Shown piece by piece: positions 37,801 to 49,539 of a stretch of DNA of 64,000 nt (within the stretch, counting starts at the first letter, position 1; each line of letters opens with the position of its first letter). Below the pieces are notes generated by a model, which saw only the letters and a program-made list of their open reading frames with translations, did no database searches and was not told the origin of the DNA. The DNA lies in NCBI RefSeq assembly GCF_004010195.1, contig NC_057728.1, forward strand, positions 41,706,844-41,770,843, given 5' to 3'. Made by a program: the position numbers and the translations under genes. This stretch comes from Chiloscyllium plagiosum (lineage: Eukaryota).

Positions 37801-38090
37801 GGTTTGGGAACTAGAACCAAGGAACATTGTCTCAGAAAGCCATTTAGGACTGAGAGGAGGAGGAATTTCTGAGGTATTTTTGGCATTGTCAGTCTCAGAG
37901 GGCTGCAAACTCAGTCATTGATTTGTTTAAGATAGAGATTGATGGATTTCTTGGTACTAGAAAGTGCTGGCATTAAGTGAAATGGGAATACTATGGAAAA
38001 ATGCTGTTCAGAGAGGTGATCAGCCATGATCTATGTTGGGGGAAAGGTTTGAGAGGTTGAATGGTCTACTCCTGCTCCTATACTGCTATG
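34825..38090 (+). mobile_element. Older CR1-type LINE split by the younger CR1 at 35245-37685
   Basis: Left part ends ..ggaggttcaccagaacaattcctagg..ggactgtcc; resumes at ~37686 ttgaggaaactg..ttagaagaatgacaggtga and ends aatggtctactcctgctcctat. Confidence 0.6.
35245..37685 (+). mobile_element. CR1/HER1-type LINE ORF2 (end of APE endonuclease, RT, 3' UTR), 5'-truncated, with stops/frameshifts and two N gaps
   Basis: GYFNFPNIDW..PTREGAKLDLLL; GEVPEDWRLANVVPLFKK..PGNYRPVSLTSVVGKLLE..QHGFVRGKSCLTNLIEFFEE; tail ctatgactctattactcta. Confidence 0.95.
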
Positions 38091-39429
38091 AATCCTTTCT
38101 CCAAGGCAGTTGCCCAACCTATTTGTGTGTTTCCACTGTGTTATGATTTTTAAAAAATTATTTTGCCTTTGGCATTGTACTTGGCTTGTGCTGTACCTAA
38201 TATGTGTGTCCTTCATTCTTTTATTGAGTAGAAAGTGGAATGACTGAGGTAAGTGCCAGACGTTAGACTTGCCTGTTGTGAGCCCATTTTTCCAATGATA
38301 GGCAATTCTCAATTTCTCAGCTATTTGTATAGCTAATAACTATAAAAGGCCCTTTAAATGTCCTGGCAGTTATGTGAGTGATGAATAAACTGACTACATA
38401 GTAAATAAATGATAGCTTTGAAGTTGTCCTTTAGTCATTGATGAAATAAAACTTATTTAAATATATCAATGCATTTATTTGTATTATATGCAAAATACTT
38501 TGTGCAAGTAATGTGAAAACAGAAAGTTTTATGTGCAATGATAATTTACAACAGTATTTTAATGCAGCAATCTTTTAGATTTCTGCAAAACATTTCATCC
38601 TTTGGGACTAGGTTGCTCCATGTCATAAAAAGAGAAATCACGTGCCATTCAATACACATTTTAAAAGCCCTCAGAGTGTAAAGGTGAGTTATGGCAGCTG
38701 TAGAAATTAGATGAATCTACAAACAAGAAAAAGAGTTCATAATGAAGTGGATACTGCTAAGAATACCTCACTCTCTTAAGGTGAAGAATCTCAATTCCAT
38801 CCTTTGTTATGATAACAGCTGACATTATTACAAGTAGGATTCCTGACAGAAACCTGGCTTGACAGACCATATTTTGATTTGTGTTCTTTTTAACAAGGTG
38901 TCTCTCACTGAAACATAAGCTTACAATGTTGCAGACTTTGTTTTGATAATAAACAGAAGCTAATTAACAAAAGAAATTAAGCTAAAATAGAATAAATTAA
39001 AACACCAATTTATAGTATAAATTCAAAGATCTTTAGTGCATTGTAAAAGTATAATCACAGTAATCCCAAAACACTCTTTTATAAATAGAAACAAATAAAG
39101 AAAACAGGTACTGTATTGTACCCAAAGCACACCCTGGTATGGAACCCAAAAACACTATTCATATAGTACTCAATCTCTATATGGAACACCTAGCAGGTTT
39201 AAGTCACTTGTGACTTTTACTTTTAGACTGGAACTGCAGGTAGCTTCTTCCTGGAACTATCATATATTTGAGTTTCAATATATTCAGCTTTAAGTAACCC
39301 CCTCAGGTTGTTACCTTTACATTTCTTGTCTAGGGCTATCACTAACACCTCACTGTAATGCAATCAAGTCCACTTTATCTTTACTTTCGCAGGAGCACAG
39401 ATCTACACAGCCAACCTAACTGAAGGACT

Positions 39430-39737
39430 TAGATTACTTACAGTGTGGAAACAGGCCCTTCGGCCCAACAAGTGCACACCGCCCCGCCGAAGCGCAACCC
39501 ACCCATACCCCTACATTTACCCCTTACCTAACACTATGGGCAATTTAGCATGGCCAATTCACCTGACCTGCACATCTTTGGACTGTGAGAGGAAACCGGA
39601 GCACCCGGAGGAAACCCACGCAGGCACGGGGAGAACATGCAAACTCTACACAGTCAGTCACCTGAGGCAGGAATTGAACCTGGGTCTCTGGCAGTGTGAG
39701 GCAGCAGTGCTAACCACTGTGCCACCCCGTGCCGCCC
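39430..39737 (-). mobile_element. tRNA-derived V-SINE (HE1-like)
   Basis: Reverse strand gggcggcacggggtggcacagtggttagcactgctgcctcac..ggttcaattcc head, V-domain, tail gggcctgtttccacactgtaag. Confidence 0.9.
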
Positions 39738-40634
39738 ACGTGATTCATGTGATTCACGTGATTGCCCCAGTCGGCATAAAACTGAAACAAGAGTTTCCCT
39801 CTCTAATCTATGAGTGTTTCTACTAAGCTTAAAGACAGAAGTTCCAGAAGTCTCTAAGAAACGTTGAGACATCATTATTTACTTTGCCGAGTCACAAAAC
39901 AATCTAAGATGAACAAGAATCTCTTTGTGGTGCACAAAATCCCATTCACTTTAAACCAGGCTTCAAATACTGTTTTAAAATAAATCACCATGGCTACATA
40001 AATACTTACAAGTTATTTATTAATTTGAGAAACACAGAATATCCACAGGTTACAAAGTCAAAAACTAGAAAGACAAATCTACTATAAATTAGATACATAA
40101 ATCTCACAGCCTACATCACATATTTACCTGACCAGCGTTTCTTTTTTTCTGTTTACATCCCAAAATAAATTTTGTACACTAAAGCCAATTCAAAGTGACC
40201 TGAGACATAACTCAATGTCAGGAATTTGTAACTTCCATACATAAACAGTGCAATCTTGAGGTTCAGATATAACATAGTTAATTTGCTTACATTTTGATTT
40301 CTGGTTCTTTTTAATTCCTTGATCTCAGGAAGTTACCTCCCTTCTATCTGTCCATTGCTCTTTTAGAAATTAAATGATAAAAGTCAAATCACAACAGCTG
40401 CACACAAGACCTAGAAAAAAAGCACATTTCCTGTTCTGTATTTTACTTGTACTGGAGTTCAAAGTCATTTTAATCAAAGGAGCTTAGCTGGAATTTTATC
40501 TATATATTCTTTATGCATATTACAAATACTTTTGTATTTAAGCTGACTGCATTATGTATGATGGATAATGTAAATTGAAGTCATATATAACAGTCTAAGG
40601 AGAAGATTAGGTTCAAGCTGATTTATATCATATA

Positions 40635-41000
40635 ACATCATAGAATAGTAGAATGAATACCACACAGAAGGAGTCCATTCGGCCTATTGTATTTGTGCCA
40701 ATTTTCTGTGAGAACATCTCAGTTAATCCTATTCCTTTGCCTTTCCTTATGATCTTGCATTTTCTTTCAGAGGCTTATCCAATTCCTTTGGAAAGCCACA
40801 ATTGGCTTTATGCCCTCCACATTCTCAAGCAGTGCATTCCAAATCTGAAACTGTGTAATAATGAACTCTTCTCCTTCATGTCAACAGTTGTTCTCTGCTA
40901 ATCACATTGAAATCACACCCTCTAATTCCTCATCTTTTTGCCAAAGGGACCAGTTTCTTTGTCTTCTTACTCCAGACTCCACGTGATATTGAACAGTGTC
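40635..41000 (-). mobile_element. Old CR1-type LINE 3' fragment
   Basis: catagaatagtagaa...acagaaggagtccattcggcct is the reverse of a CR1 3' end; downstream blocks are consistent. Confidence 0.5.
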
Positions 41001-41455
41001 CATTGTAGAGATACTCTAGTTAGTGTAACCTTTGTCATTGATCACTACATAGGTCCAAGGCAAAGCAAAGACAAAGGAATATTGGTGGCAGCAAACTGCT
41101 TTAAACAACCCCGCCAAGTTCAACATATAGATAAAGGTAATAAATACCACAAGGTACCAGGAGTGATCATCTAGGAAGATACCAAGCTCTTAGTTTCTCT
41201 AAGGTAAGTAGCTGAGTTTCTCCAATCTATCTGTATAGTTGAAGTTCCTCATCCTTGGAATCATTCATGTAACTTGTTTCTGCAGCTTTGAAACATTTGA
41301 GGTTGGACACATCTTGGTGAAAGTGCTGAGATTAATCCGTAGTGGATCTCCGGTCTGATCCAATTGGTCTACTTGGACTTGGTGGTAGATTTCCCTAATT
41401 TACATCCAATGGGAAATATCTGCACCTCAGATGTCAGCAAGCAAAGTCCAAATGA

Positions 41456-41656
41456 AAACTGAAAGAACTGCAGATGCTCTAAATCAGAAACAAAAACAGA
41501 AATTGCTAGAAAAGCTCAGTAGGTCCGGCAGCATCTGTGGAGAGAAATCCGCCCAGAGTTAATGTTTCGGGTCGAGTGACTGCTCTGAGGAAGGGTCACT
41601 TGACCCGAAGCGTGAACTTTGATTTCTCTCCACAGATACTGCCAGACCTGCTGGGT
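41456..41656. mobile_element. Fold-back Penelope-like pLTR insertion
   Basis: Arms ggcagcatctgtggagagaaatc / gatttctctccacagatactgcc; core ctgaggaagggtcacttgacccgaag; TSD aagtcca(a/g)atga at 41444-41455 and 41657-41668. Confidence 0.82.
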
Positions 41657-42769
41657 AAGTCCAGATGACATTTGATTATTTGGGAAGGAGGATTCAAGGT
41701 CCACATCTATCAAGTCAATAATGATGTTTATAAAACATGCAAGTTTTAACATCAAAATTTCATTAAAAAGTTTCATTTTTTCTTCAGGGCCTGGACACTA
41801 GAAAATACTGAGATTTGTGAGTTGTCAGAAAGCTATACTTGGTTTGATGGGATACACTAGTACACGGGCTTTAGAGAGGGTGAAATTACTGTTTGCATGC
41901 TCTCCCCTGAATGAGATTCAATTCCAAACCTGCCAACTTTAAACAAGGCTGCCCTGCAACTATGACATACTGTGGGTGACTTTAGTAAGGTGAGGATTGA
42001 ACTTCTGCCCCTCAGTCAGAGGAAGTCCTTTTCTTGAGAACTGCCAACGGCTTTAACAAGTTCACTAACATGAGAGGTCAGTACTGGGTTTTATTAGGAC
42101 TGCAAGATGGCTCTGGGAAGAAGAAGGTGTGACCATCAGAGAGAGGTGCTTATGCAGCTTTGGATGGTGCATGATTGGAAGCCTCAGGTAGAAGTTGAGA
42201 TGAATGGGGAGATAGGCTTTAGCCAAGTAGGGAGGAACAACAGGATGTAGTAACTTGGGAATGGGTGCCCTCAATGCACACTTGATACATTCCAAATGAT
42301 GTTTCCCCTTATCATTCCATCTTTCCAACAAAGTTGCTTAAAGAATGGCCATCTCATTCTCATGTGCCTGCTACAGCTTGGCATTTTAAGGCATTTGAGG
42401 TAGATTGAAATTCTCAAATGGGCAATAATTGTCTCTTTATGCCCTTTTCAGGCTTAAGGACCAGTGAGACCCTCACTGCCCTATTTTATGGAAACTATGT
42501 TGAGGGTGAATGAGGAAGTGATGGATGAGCCTGATATATTTTACCTGTCCATCATACCAATACATATGCCTGGTGAAGAACTATAAAATCCAGACTCACA
42601 TCTTTGCTGCCTACTCCTCCAAGTTGTTCTGATCTTGAATCGTGATGGATGCAGAATCTAATTTGATCTTTCTTTGGGTGAGCCACCAAATAGACCCTCA
42701 CCTTGGAGATTGTGTGAATAGGAGGCTCTGGGACTTCACTCCCAGCTCATTAGATGTTTACCTATTATT

Positions 42770-42870
42770 AACTTATCTATGCTACTTAACTCTGTGATCT
42801 GCCTGTATTGCTCACAAGACAAAGCTTTTCACTGTGCCTCGGTACACGTGACAATAAATTCAATTCAATC
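42770..42870 (+). mobile_element. 3' end of a non-LTR retroelement (possibly Rex1/Babar-like)
   Basis: ttttcactgtgcctcggtacacgtgacAATAAA followed by short ttcaa repeats. Confidence 0.4.
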
Positions 42871-43106
42871 TGATTTCAATACTTACAATAAGTAAAAGTA
42901 CTGTCTCTCTCCTTCAGGGATTCTGAGGGAGCTACTGTGCCTGTAAGATGTTACAGAAATAAAATGGGGGGAATTCTCCTCTGAACAACATGTGCAATGG
43001 AGAGTCAGTAAAATAAAATGGCAAGATTGGAAAAATGAAATTTTTGAAATCAGGAAAATGAAGTTCAATTTTACACCCAAGGTTTGAATGGCAAGACAAA
43101 AATCTT

Positions 43107-43263
43107 GGCAGCATCCAAGGAGCAGGAGAATTGACGTTTCCTGACGAAGGGCTTATGCCCAAAACATCAATTCTCCTGATCCTTGGATGCTGCCTGACCT
43201 GCTGTGCTTTTCCAGCACCACATTCTCAATTCTGATTTCTAGCATCTGTGGTCCTCATTTTCC
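43107..43263. mobile_element. Fold-back Penelope-like pLTR insertion (short left arm)
   Basis: ggcagcatccaaggagcaggagaattgacgttt / aaacatcaattctcctgatccttggatgctgcc; core ctgacgaagggcttatgcccaaaac; tail on right. Confidence 0.78.
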
Positions 43264-43370
43264 CCAAGATAGGAACTTGCTTGTCAGTGGTGAGGGGCCG
43301 ATTTAAATGCATTAACATCTCAATATTGTTTAACTTCCACTCATTTATATGTGGTTTTCTATTCTTGAAC

Positions 43371-43495
43371 ATGATGTGGAGGTGCCGGTGTTGGACTGGG
43401 GTGGACAAAGTTAAAAATCACACAACACCAGGTTATAGTCCAACAGGTTTATTTGGAAGTAGAAGCTTTTGCAGCACTGCTCCTTCATCAGGTGT
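43371..43495 (-). mobile_element. pLTR of a third Penelope-like family with hammerhead core
   Basis: Reverse strand cacCTGATGAaggagcagtgctgcaaaagctt..aataaacctgttggactataacctgg; same family as 63031-63148; degenerate TSD attct(tg/ca)aacatg at 43361 and 43511. Confidence 0.7.
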
Positions 43496-43844
43496 TCTGT
43501 GATTTTCACCATTCTCAAACATGGCAGAGAGAAACTAAATGGTGACAATTCCTGACACCAAAGTCAGTAGCAGATACCTGACAGCTTTAGCTCACCCCTT
43601 GCTCCTCTGGGCATCCATCTTGGTCAGAATTCCCCAATGCCTCTTGGCACACTCCATAGGCAGCAACCACCTGCGCTCCCCATTCACAAAGGTTGGCACT
43701 GGGCATGCATCAGCTTCATCACATCATCGTGATATGTCACTGTCTCATGTAGGTTCCAGTTCTCCATTTCAAATGCTGCACCTCTGAGCACACCAGCACC
43801 TTTCAGTGGAATGCTTCTGCCGTGCTATTGGAAAGGCAAAGTCT

Positions 43845-43982
43845 GAAGCAAAAACAGAAATGGCACAACAAACTCAGTAGATCTGGCAGCATCTATGGAG
43901 AGAAAGCAGAGTTATCGTTTCCAGTCCAGTGACCCTTCATTACTTCAACAGACATCTTTGCCAGACCTACTGAGTTTCTCTA
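43845..43982. mobile_element. Degenerate fold-back Penelope-like pLTR insertion
   Basis: aaactcagtagatctggca / tgccagacctactgagttt inverted pair. Confidence 0.65.
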
Positions 43983-45485
43983 GGACTCCCTAAATTAGAT
44001 GATGGTGTTAAGCGTACCCCTCAAGAAGTGAAGGATCTTCCTGCTGTCATGTTTGGCCACACTAACCCTCAGTAAGTCACAGTTTGGATTTCTTGGGTCA
44101 GACTTAACCCATCTCAATCCATGTTTTAACTTCTCCCCTCCCCAACTCCCCACACGTTCCACTCTCATTATGCTTGCTGCCAATCTTATTACAGTTAAAA
44201 TTAGCAAGTGATGAACTGAGACAAGAACAGTTTATTAGTTACTTAGAGTAATCATTTTTAATTTGATCAGCGTAAAAAGACATTTATTGACTCAAGTAGT
44301 GAGTTATTGTAGGGTCAGGAGCTATATATTTCTAAAATCTCACTTCATGAATAAATCTAAACCTGGTCTCCCTCAGCTAGTTGCAAGAAGTATAACATTA
44401 TAATCCAAAGAGAGAAAACCATTTACGGTAACTGTTGACACGGAGCCAGGAAGGGAAGGTGAATGGTCAGATAATTTGAGGGAATAGATTGGAGGAATCA
44501 GGACGTGGGTCTCACAGACAAGATAAGCTTGGAAATTCATGAGGGGAGCCAGAGTGAAAGATTCAAATTCATGACTAGAACGGGACAGAATCTTTAGAGA
44601 AGCTTTTGGAAGGAGGCAAGTGGCAGAGGTTTCGAATCTCAGTTTTAGTGACAGGGAATTTCATAAGGTCATCATTCTTGCTAGAGGTGGAGGTGGAGGA
44701 GATAGGAAATAAGGGTGCAGATAGTTTGCTGTAAAGAAAAAAGACTGAGACTTACCTTTGTGTCTGAGAATGCTTTATGTGGTCCAGCCAGATCTGGAAA
44801 TAAATGGCTAAATCAGTTGACTGCTGGATATACTTAAGTCTGAGTCTCTTAACATACAAAGAGAGTAGAGACAAGAGGTGTGTGAAAGTGTAATGGTTTT
44901 AAAGGAAAGAAAGAGTATCCTAAGTGATTGAGAAGATTGGTAGTTGCATCAAGCTTAATAACCTTGATTGGCAGAAGGGAATAATGGAGGGGCTGTTGAT
45001 GAAGTTGAAACATTAATCTGTTTCTCTCTATAAATGCTGCCTGACCTGCTGCAGATTTCCAGCATTTTCTATTTTGTTCATAGAAAGTCTTCCCAGGGTA
45101 TCTCTAAGAATTCAGTGTTTTAACAAGCTGCACCCCTTCAGCAGGCTGTCACACTGATTTCTGCAGGTGACATCAACAAGAATTGCTACCTGCTAAATCA
45201 CGCAGCCATCAGATTAAGTTAACAACAAACCTCAGGCTCAGAGAACCTGACCTGCATCATTCAATCCACAACACCCAGCAACTAGTCACTAATGCTCTGT
45301 AATAAATACAGAAAGTGCTAAAAATACCTAACAGCAATTGTGGAGAGAGAACAGAGGTGAATGTTTCAAGTTGTAAGGTCAAAATGAGAAAGCCCTGGAG
45401 CTCTCAGCAGTGACTGATTTCTCTCATTATTGAACATTATTTTTGTCATTGGTAGCAATAAAAGCTGGAATCCAATTTGGAAACT

Positions 45486-45883
45486 TTTGTCAATGAAGAA
45501 GGACTGACACTCCCTTAATATCTGGCTAGTGTGTGGTCACTGCAAAAGAGTCATTCAAATCTGTGCTGGTTTTGTTGGCAGCTGTCATGAAGCTTTCATC
45601 CTGCGACACTCATCTGACGCTTCCATTATTCACCCTTCTAAAAGGCCAAGAAGATGGCAGCCTGGAAACAAGGGCTGCCTCCTGTATATATTTTGCTGTT
45701 GACACTGATCCAAAACCCTACCAAAACTGAACAGTCCAAGGACAATAACAGTCATTGAATCATCAGAAACAACATTGATCTGCACTAGTAAAGCGAAGTT
45801 TCAGGTGCCTGAAAGGCAGTAAAACCCTCTGAGCAGATGGTGCATCATTGTGTTACTGCATGGTGCACAACATGGCAATCCAG
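45486..45883 (+). mobile_element. PIF/Harbinger transposase remnant (HARBI1-like DDE domain), frameshifted
   Basis: Stitched frames read FVNEEG-HSLNIWLVCGHCKRVIQICAGFVGSCHEAFILRHS, GNKGCLL..LLTLIQNPTKTEQ, KRSFRCL, CIIV-YCMVHNMAIQ. This matches the order of Harbinger motifs NRKG.HS.N.Q.VC, PGS.HD, GD.GYP, K.RFRCL, C..LHN. Confidence 0.78.
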
Positions 45884-46707
45884 TTGAAGGAAGCAGAATA
45901 ACAAGAAGAGTTATCATTTGATGAAGACTAATTGGGTGAAAGGGAGGGAGAAATTGAAGAAGGAAGATCAACTGCCACACATTACAGCAAGGGAAATAAG
46001 AGACCAGTCGATAGTATAGCACTTTCCATGACCTGCTCATCTCCGTCCAAAGAAAAGGTACACAATGCCGCATTAATTGTCTTTGTTTCACCCGTCACCA
46101 CTCCTTTAATCCTACATCAATGAACCCTGAAACCATTCAGTCAATTTCTTTATCAATTACATATAACAATGTATACTCTGAACCTGCAATGAAATGGTGC
46201 CAAATTTGAAAAAAGATGATTAAATTAATGTCAAACACAATAGTTAATTCTAATTCATCTCTCACCCACATGTCAACTCCTAGTGCTTTTCCTATAAGAA
46301 GGGTTACTAGGTCCACTACATCTCAGGATATCTCCCACACTGTCTTCATTGAGGCTGGTAAAAGGCTGCACTTAGTTGTAATGAAATCCCTGTATACGAA
46401 AGACCTTTAGGTGCTTGACTCTGTGAGGGCCGAGCTGCTGACTACTGCACTTGGTTTGCTGCAGGGGTTGACATAGCTGTCTTTTTGGCATCATTTTGGG
46501 TATTGTTTAAGAAGAGAACAGACAAAGCGAAATCCAGGGTGGGGTCACACATAAACCTATTGCCCCACTGCTGCTCCACCATGAGCCTGAGGTTTATCAC
46601 TTCCATCAAACTGCAGGAAAGTGCATGACAAAGGATTCAGTGACATCTTGAAATTCCCTGACTACTCAGTCCATCTATCTCCCCAAGCTGGATCTGAAAG
46701 GCAGAAT

Positions 46708-47920
46708 TGAGTTTTCTGAGGAAGTAACAAAGAGGATTGATGAGGGCAGAGCGGTAGATGTGATCTATATAGATTTCAGTAAGGTATTCGACAAGGTTCC
46801 TCATGGGAGACTGATTAGCAAGGTTATATCTCACGGAATACAGAGAGAACTAGCCATTTGGATACAGGACTGGCTCAAAGGTAGAAGACAGAGGGTGGGG
46901 ATGGAGGGTTGTTTTTCAGACTAGAGGCCTGTGACCAATGGAGTGCCACAAGGATCGGTGCTGGGTCCTCTACTTTTTTTCATTTGCATAAATGATTTGG
47001 AGCTGAAAAATGTCTTGCTGGAAAAGCGCAGCAGGTTAGGCAGCATCCAAGGAGCAGAAGAATTGACATTTCGGGCATAAGTCTTCCTGAAGAAGGGCTT
47101 ATGCCCAAAACGTCGATTCTCCTGCTCCTTGGATGCTGCCTGACCTGCTGCGCTTTTCCAGCAACACGTTTTTCAGCTCTGATCTCCAGCATCTGCAGTC
47201 CTCACTTTCTCCTCATAAATGATTTGGATGCGAGCATAAGAGGTTCAGTTAATAAGTTTGCAGATGACACCAAAATTGGAGGTGTAGTGGACAGCGAAGA
47301 NNNNNNNNNNNNNNNNNNNNNNNNNNNNNNNNNNNNNNNNNNNNNNNNNNNNNNNNNNNNNNNNNNNNNNNNNNNNNNNNNNNNNNNNNNNNNNNNNNNN
47401 NNNNNNNNNNNNNNNNNNNNNNNNNNNNNNNNNNNNNNNNNNNNNNNNNNNNNNNNNNNNNNNNNNNNNNNNNNNNNNNNNNNNNNNNNNNNNNNNNNNN
47501 NNNNNNNNNNNNNNNNNNNNNNNNNNNNNNNNNNNNNNNNNNNNNNNNNNNNNNNNNNNNNNNNNNNNNNNNNNNNNNNNNNNNNNNNNNNNNNNNNNNN
47601 NNNNNNNNTCCCTGGGGTGGGGAGTCCAGAACTAGGGGGCATAGGTTTAGGATGAGAGGGGAAAGATATAAAAGAGATCGAAGGGGCAACCTTTTCACGC
47701 AGAGGGTGGTACGTGCATGGAATGAGTTGCCAGAGGATGTGGTGGAGGCTGGTACAATTGCAACATTTAAGAGACATTTGGATGGGTATATGAATAGGAA
47801 GGGTTTGGAGGAATATGGGCCGGATGCTGGCAGGTGGGACTAGATTGGGTTGGGGTATCTGGTTGGCATGGACGGATTGGACCGAAGGGTCTGTTTCCAT
47901 GCTGTACATCTCTATCACTC
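46708..47920 (+). mobile_element. CR1/HER1-type LINE (RT + 3' UTR) interrupted by a fold-back PLE insertion
   Basis: EFSEEVTKRIDEGRAVDVIYIDFSKVFDKVPH..GVPQGSVLGP; resumes INDLDASIRGSVNKFADDTK; CR1 3' end; N gap. Confidence 0.92.
47002..47213. mobile_element. Fold-back Penelope-like pLTR insertion inside CR1 RT
   Basis: Perfect 15-bp TSD cataaatgatttgga at 46987-47001 and 47214-47228; inverted arms; 35-nt tail 47179-47213; core ctgaagaagggcttatgcccaaaacgtc. Confidence 0.92.
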
Positions 47921-48514
47921 CATAACAACAGTTTATACTTCCATCAGTGGGAAATGGTATCCCTTTGAGGACCTAACTATAACATCTCTGGAACAGGCCA
48001 CAAACCTCAAGGTAAACTTTAAAGTCCTCATGTCATGTGAGATTATCTCCCATTATTTGGAAATTGCTTTCTCAATACTTCCATCCACGGGGCAGGCATG
48101 TTGAAGCACACATGGCACATTGCATTGTTGATTTTTTTTCGCTTCTAAAAAATAATTTATTCATAGCATTTGTGGAAATCCTTTAAGCACCATTCAAATG
48201 TGTCAGTACACAAAATGCAGTCGAGATCAATTGCTTTCAACACAATGCATGACACACTGTGGTATCCGGCAACACTTTACAGGGTTGATTAACAATCTAT
48301 ATTTATATTTCCTGTCAAATGTTCTCACAGAGTACAGCCAAGGGATTTCACATATTTTACAGTCTCTGTGTGCACACAGTTGGGAAGCTCTTAGACTGTA
48401 GATGTTCCCCATTGAGCTTTTGAGCTGACTATCTCAAACCTAATTGTGTCTTGAAGTCCTGTATCTTGAAATGTGCCAGTCTGCAACACTTAGCCATTGA
48501 TGGCTGTTCGGTGG

Positions 48515-48826
48515 GTGGCACGGTGGCTCAGTGGTTAGCACTGCTGCCTCACAGCACCAGGGACCCAGGTTCGATTCCGGCCTTGGGTACTTGTCTGTGT
48601 GGAGTTTGCACATTCTCCCTGTGTCTGCGTGGGTTTCTTCCAGGTGTTCTGGTTTCCTCCCACAGTCCAAAGATGTGCAGGTTAGGTGAATTAGCCATTC
48701 TAAATTGCCCATAATGTTAGGTGCATTAGTCAGAGGGAAATGGGTCTGGACGGGTTACTGTTCGGAGGGTCAGTGTGGACTTGTTGGGCCGAAGAGCCTG
48801 TTTCCACACTGTAGGAAAACTAATCT
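48515..48826 (+). mobile_element. tRNA-derived V-SINE (HE1-like), full length
   Basis: ggtggcacggtggctcagtggttagcactgctgcctcacagc..ggttcgattcc (A/B-box-like), V-domain, tail gggccgaagagcctgtttccacactgtag. Confidence 0.92.
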
Positions 48827-48829
48827 AGA

Positions 48830-49335
48830 GACATAAAGTTATAGAATTATAGAGTCATACAACACAAAAACAGACCCTTCAGTCCAACTCATCCATGCTG
48901 ACCAGGTTTCCCAAGCAAGTCCTATTTGTCTATGTTTGGCTCATCCCCATCTAAAGTTTTCCGATTCATGTACTTTTAAATATTGTAACTGTACCTGTAT
49001 CCTCTGGCAGTTCATTCCACATATACACCACCCTCTGTATGAAAACGTTGCCCCTCAGGTCCCTTTTAATTCTTTCCCTTCTCACCTTAAACCTATGCCC
49101 CTAGTTTTGGAATCCTCCACCTGAGGGAAAAAACCTTTGCTAGTCACCTTATCTATGCCCTCACGATGTTATAAATCTCTATAACGTCATATCTCAACTT
49201 CAGTGAAAAATGTCCCAGCCTATCCAGCCTCTCCTTATAACTCAAACCCTCTAGTCCCGGCAATAGCCTGGTAAATCTCTTCTGAGCCCTCTCCAATATA
49301 ATAATGTCCTTCCTATAGCAGGATGACCAGAACTC
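48830..49335 (-). mobile_element. CR1-type LINE 3' fragment
   Basis: ORF 49153-49356 FWSSCYRKDIIILERAQKRFTRLLPGLEGLSYKERLDRLG. Confidence 0.88.
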
Positions 49336-49539
49336 TTTTCTCTGGAAGACTGCCAAGTTCCAAACAACTGAAGAGGTTATTTTACTGAGTTGATGGTTCT
49401 CCAGCAGCAGTTGATATTTGTCTTGGTGTGTGTCTCTGAGAATAACCTAAAGAGTATAGAGAGCTACTTAGGATCAGCCATGACAAAAATCATTACATCT
49501 CTTCCTATACGTGTTTTACAAAGACACATTACAGAAAGA

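Noticed and set aside
38930..40050. Possible solo LTR or other repeat hosting the SINE at 39430 (similar suspicion at 51960-52670 and 56150-56430)
   Set aside because: No second copy, TSD or primer-binding site could be established from this window.
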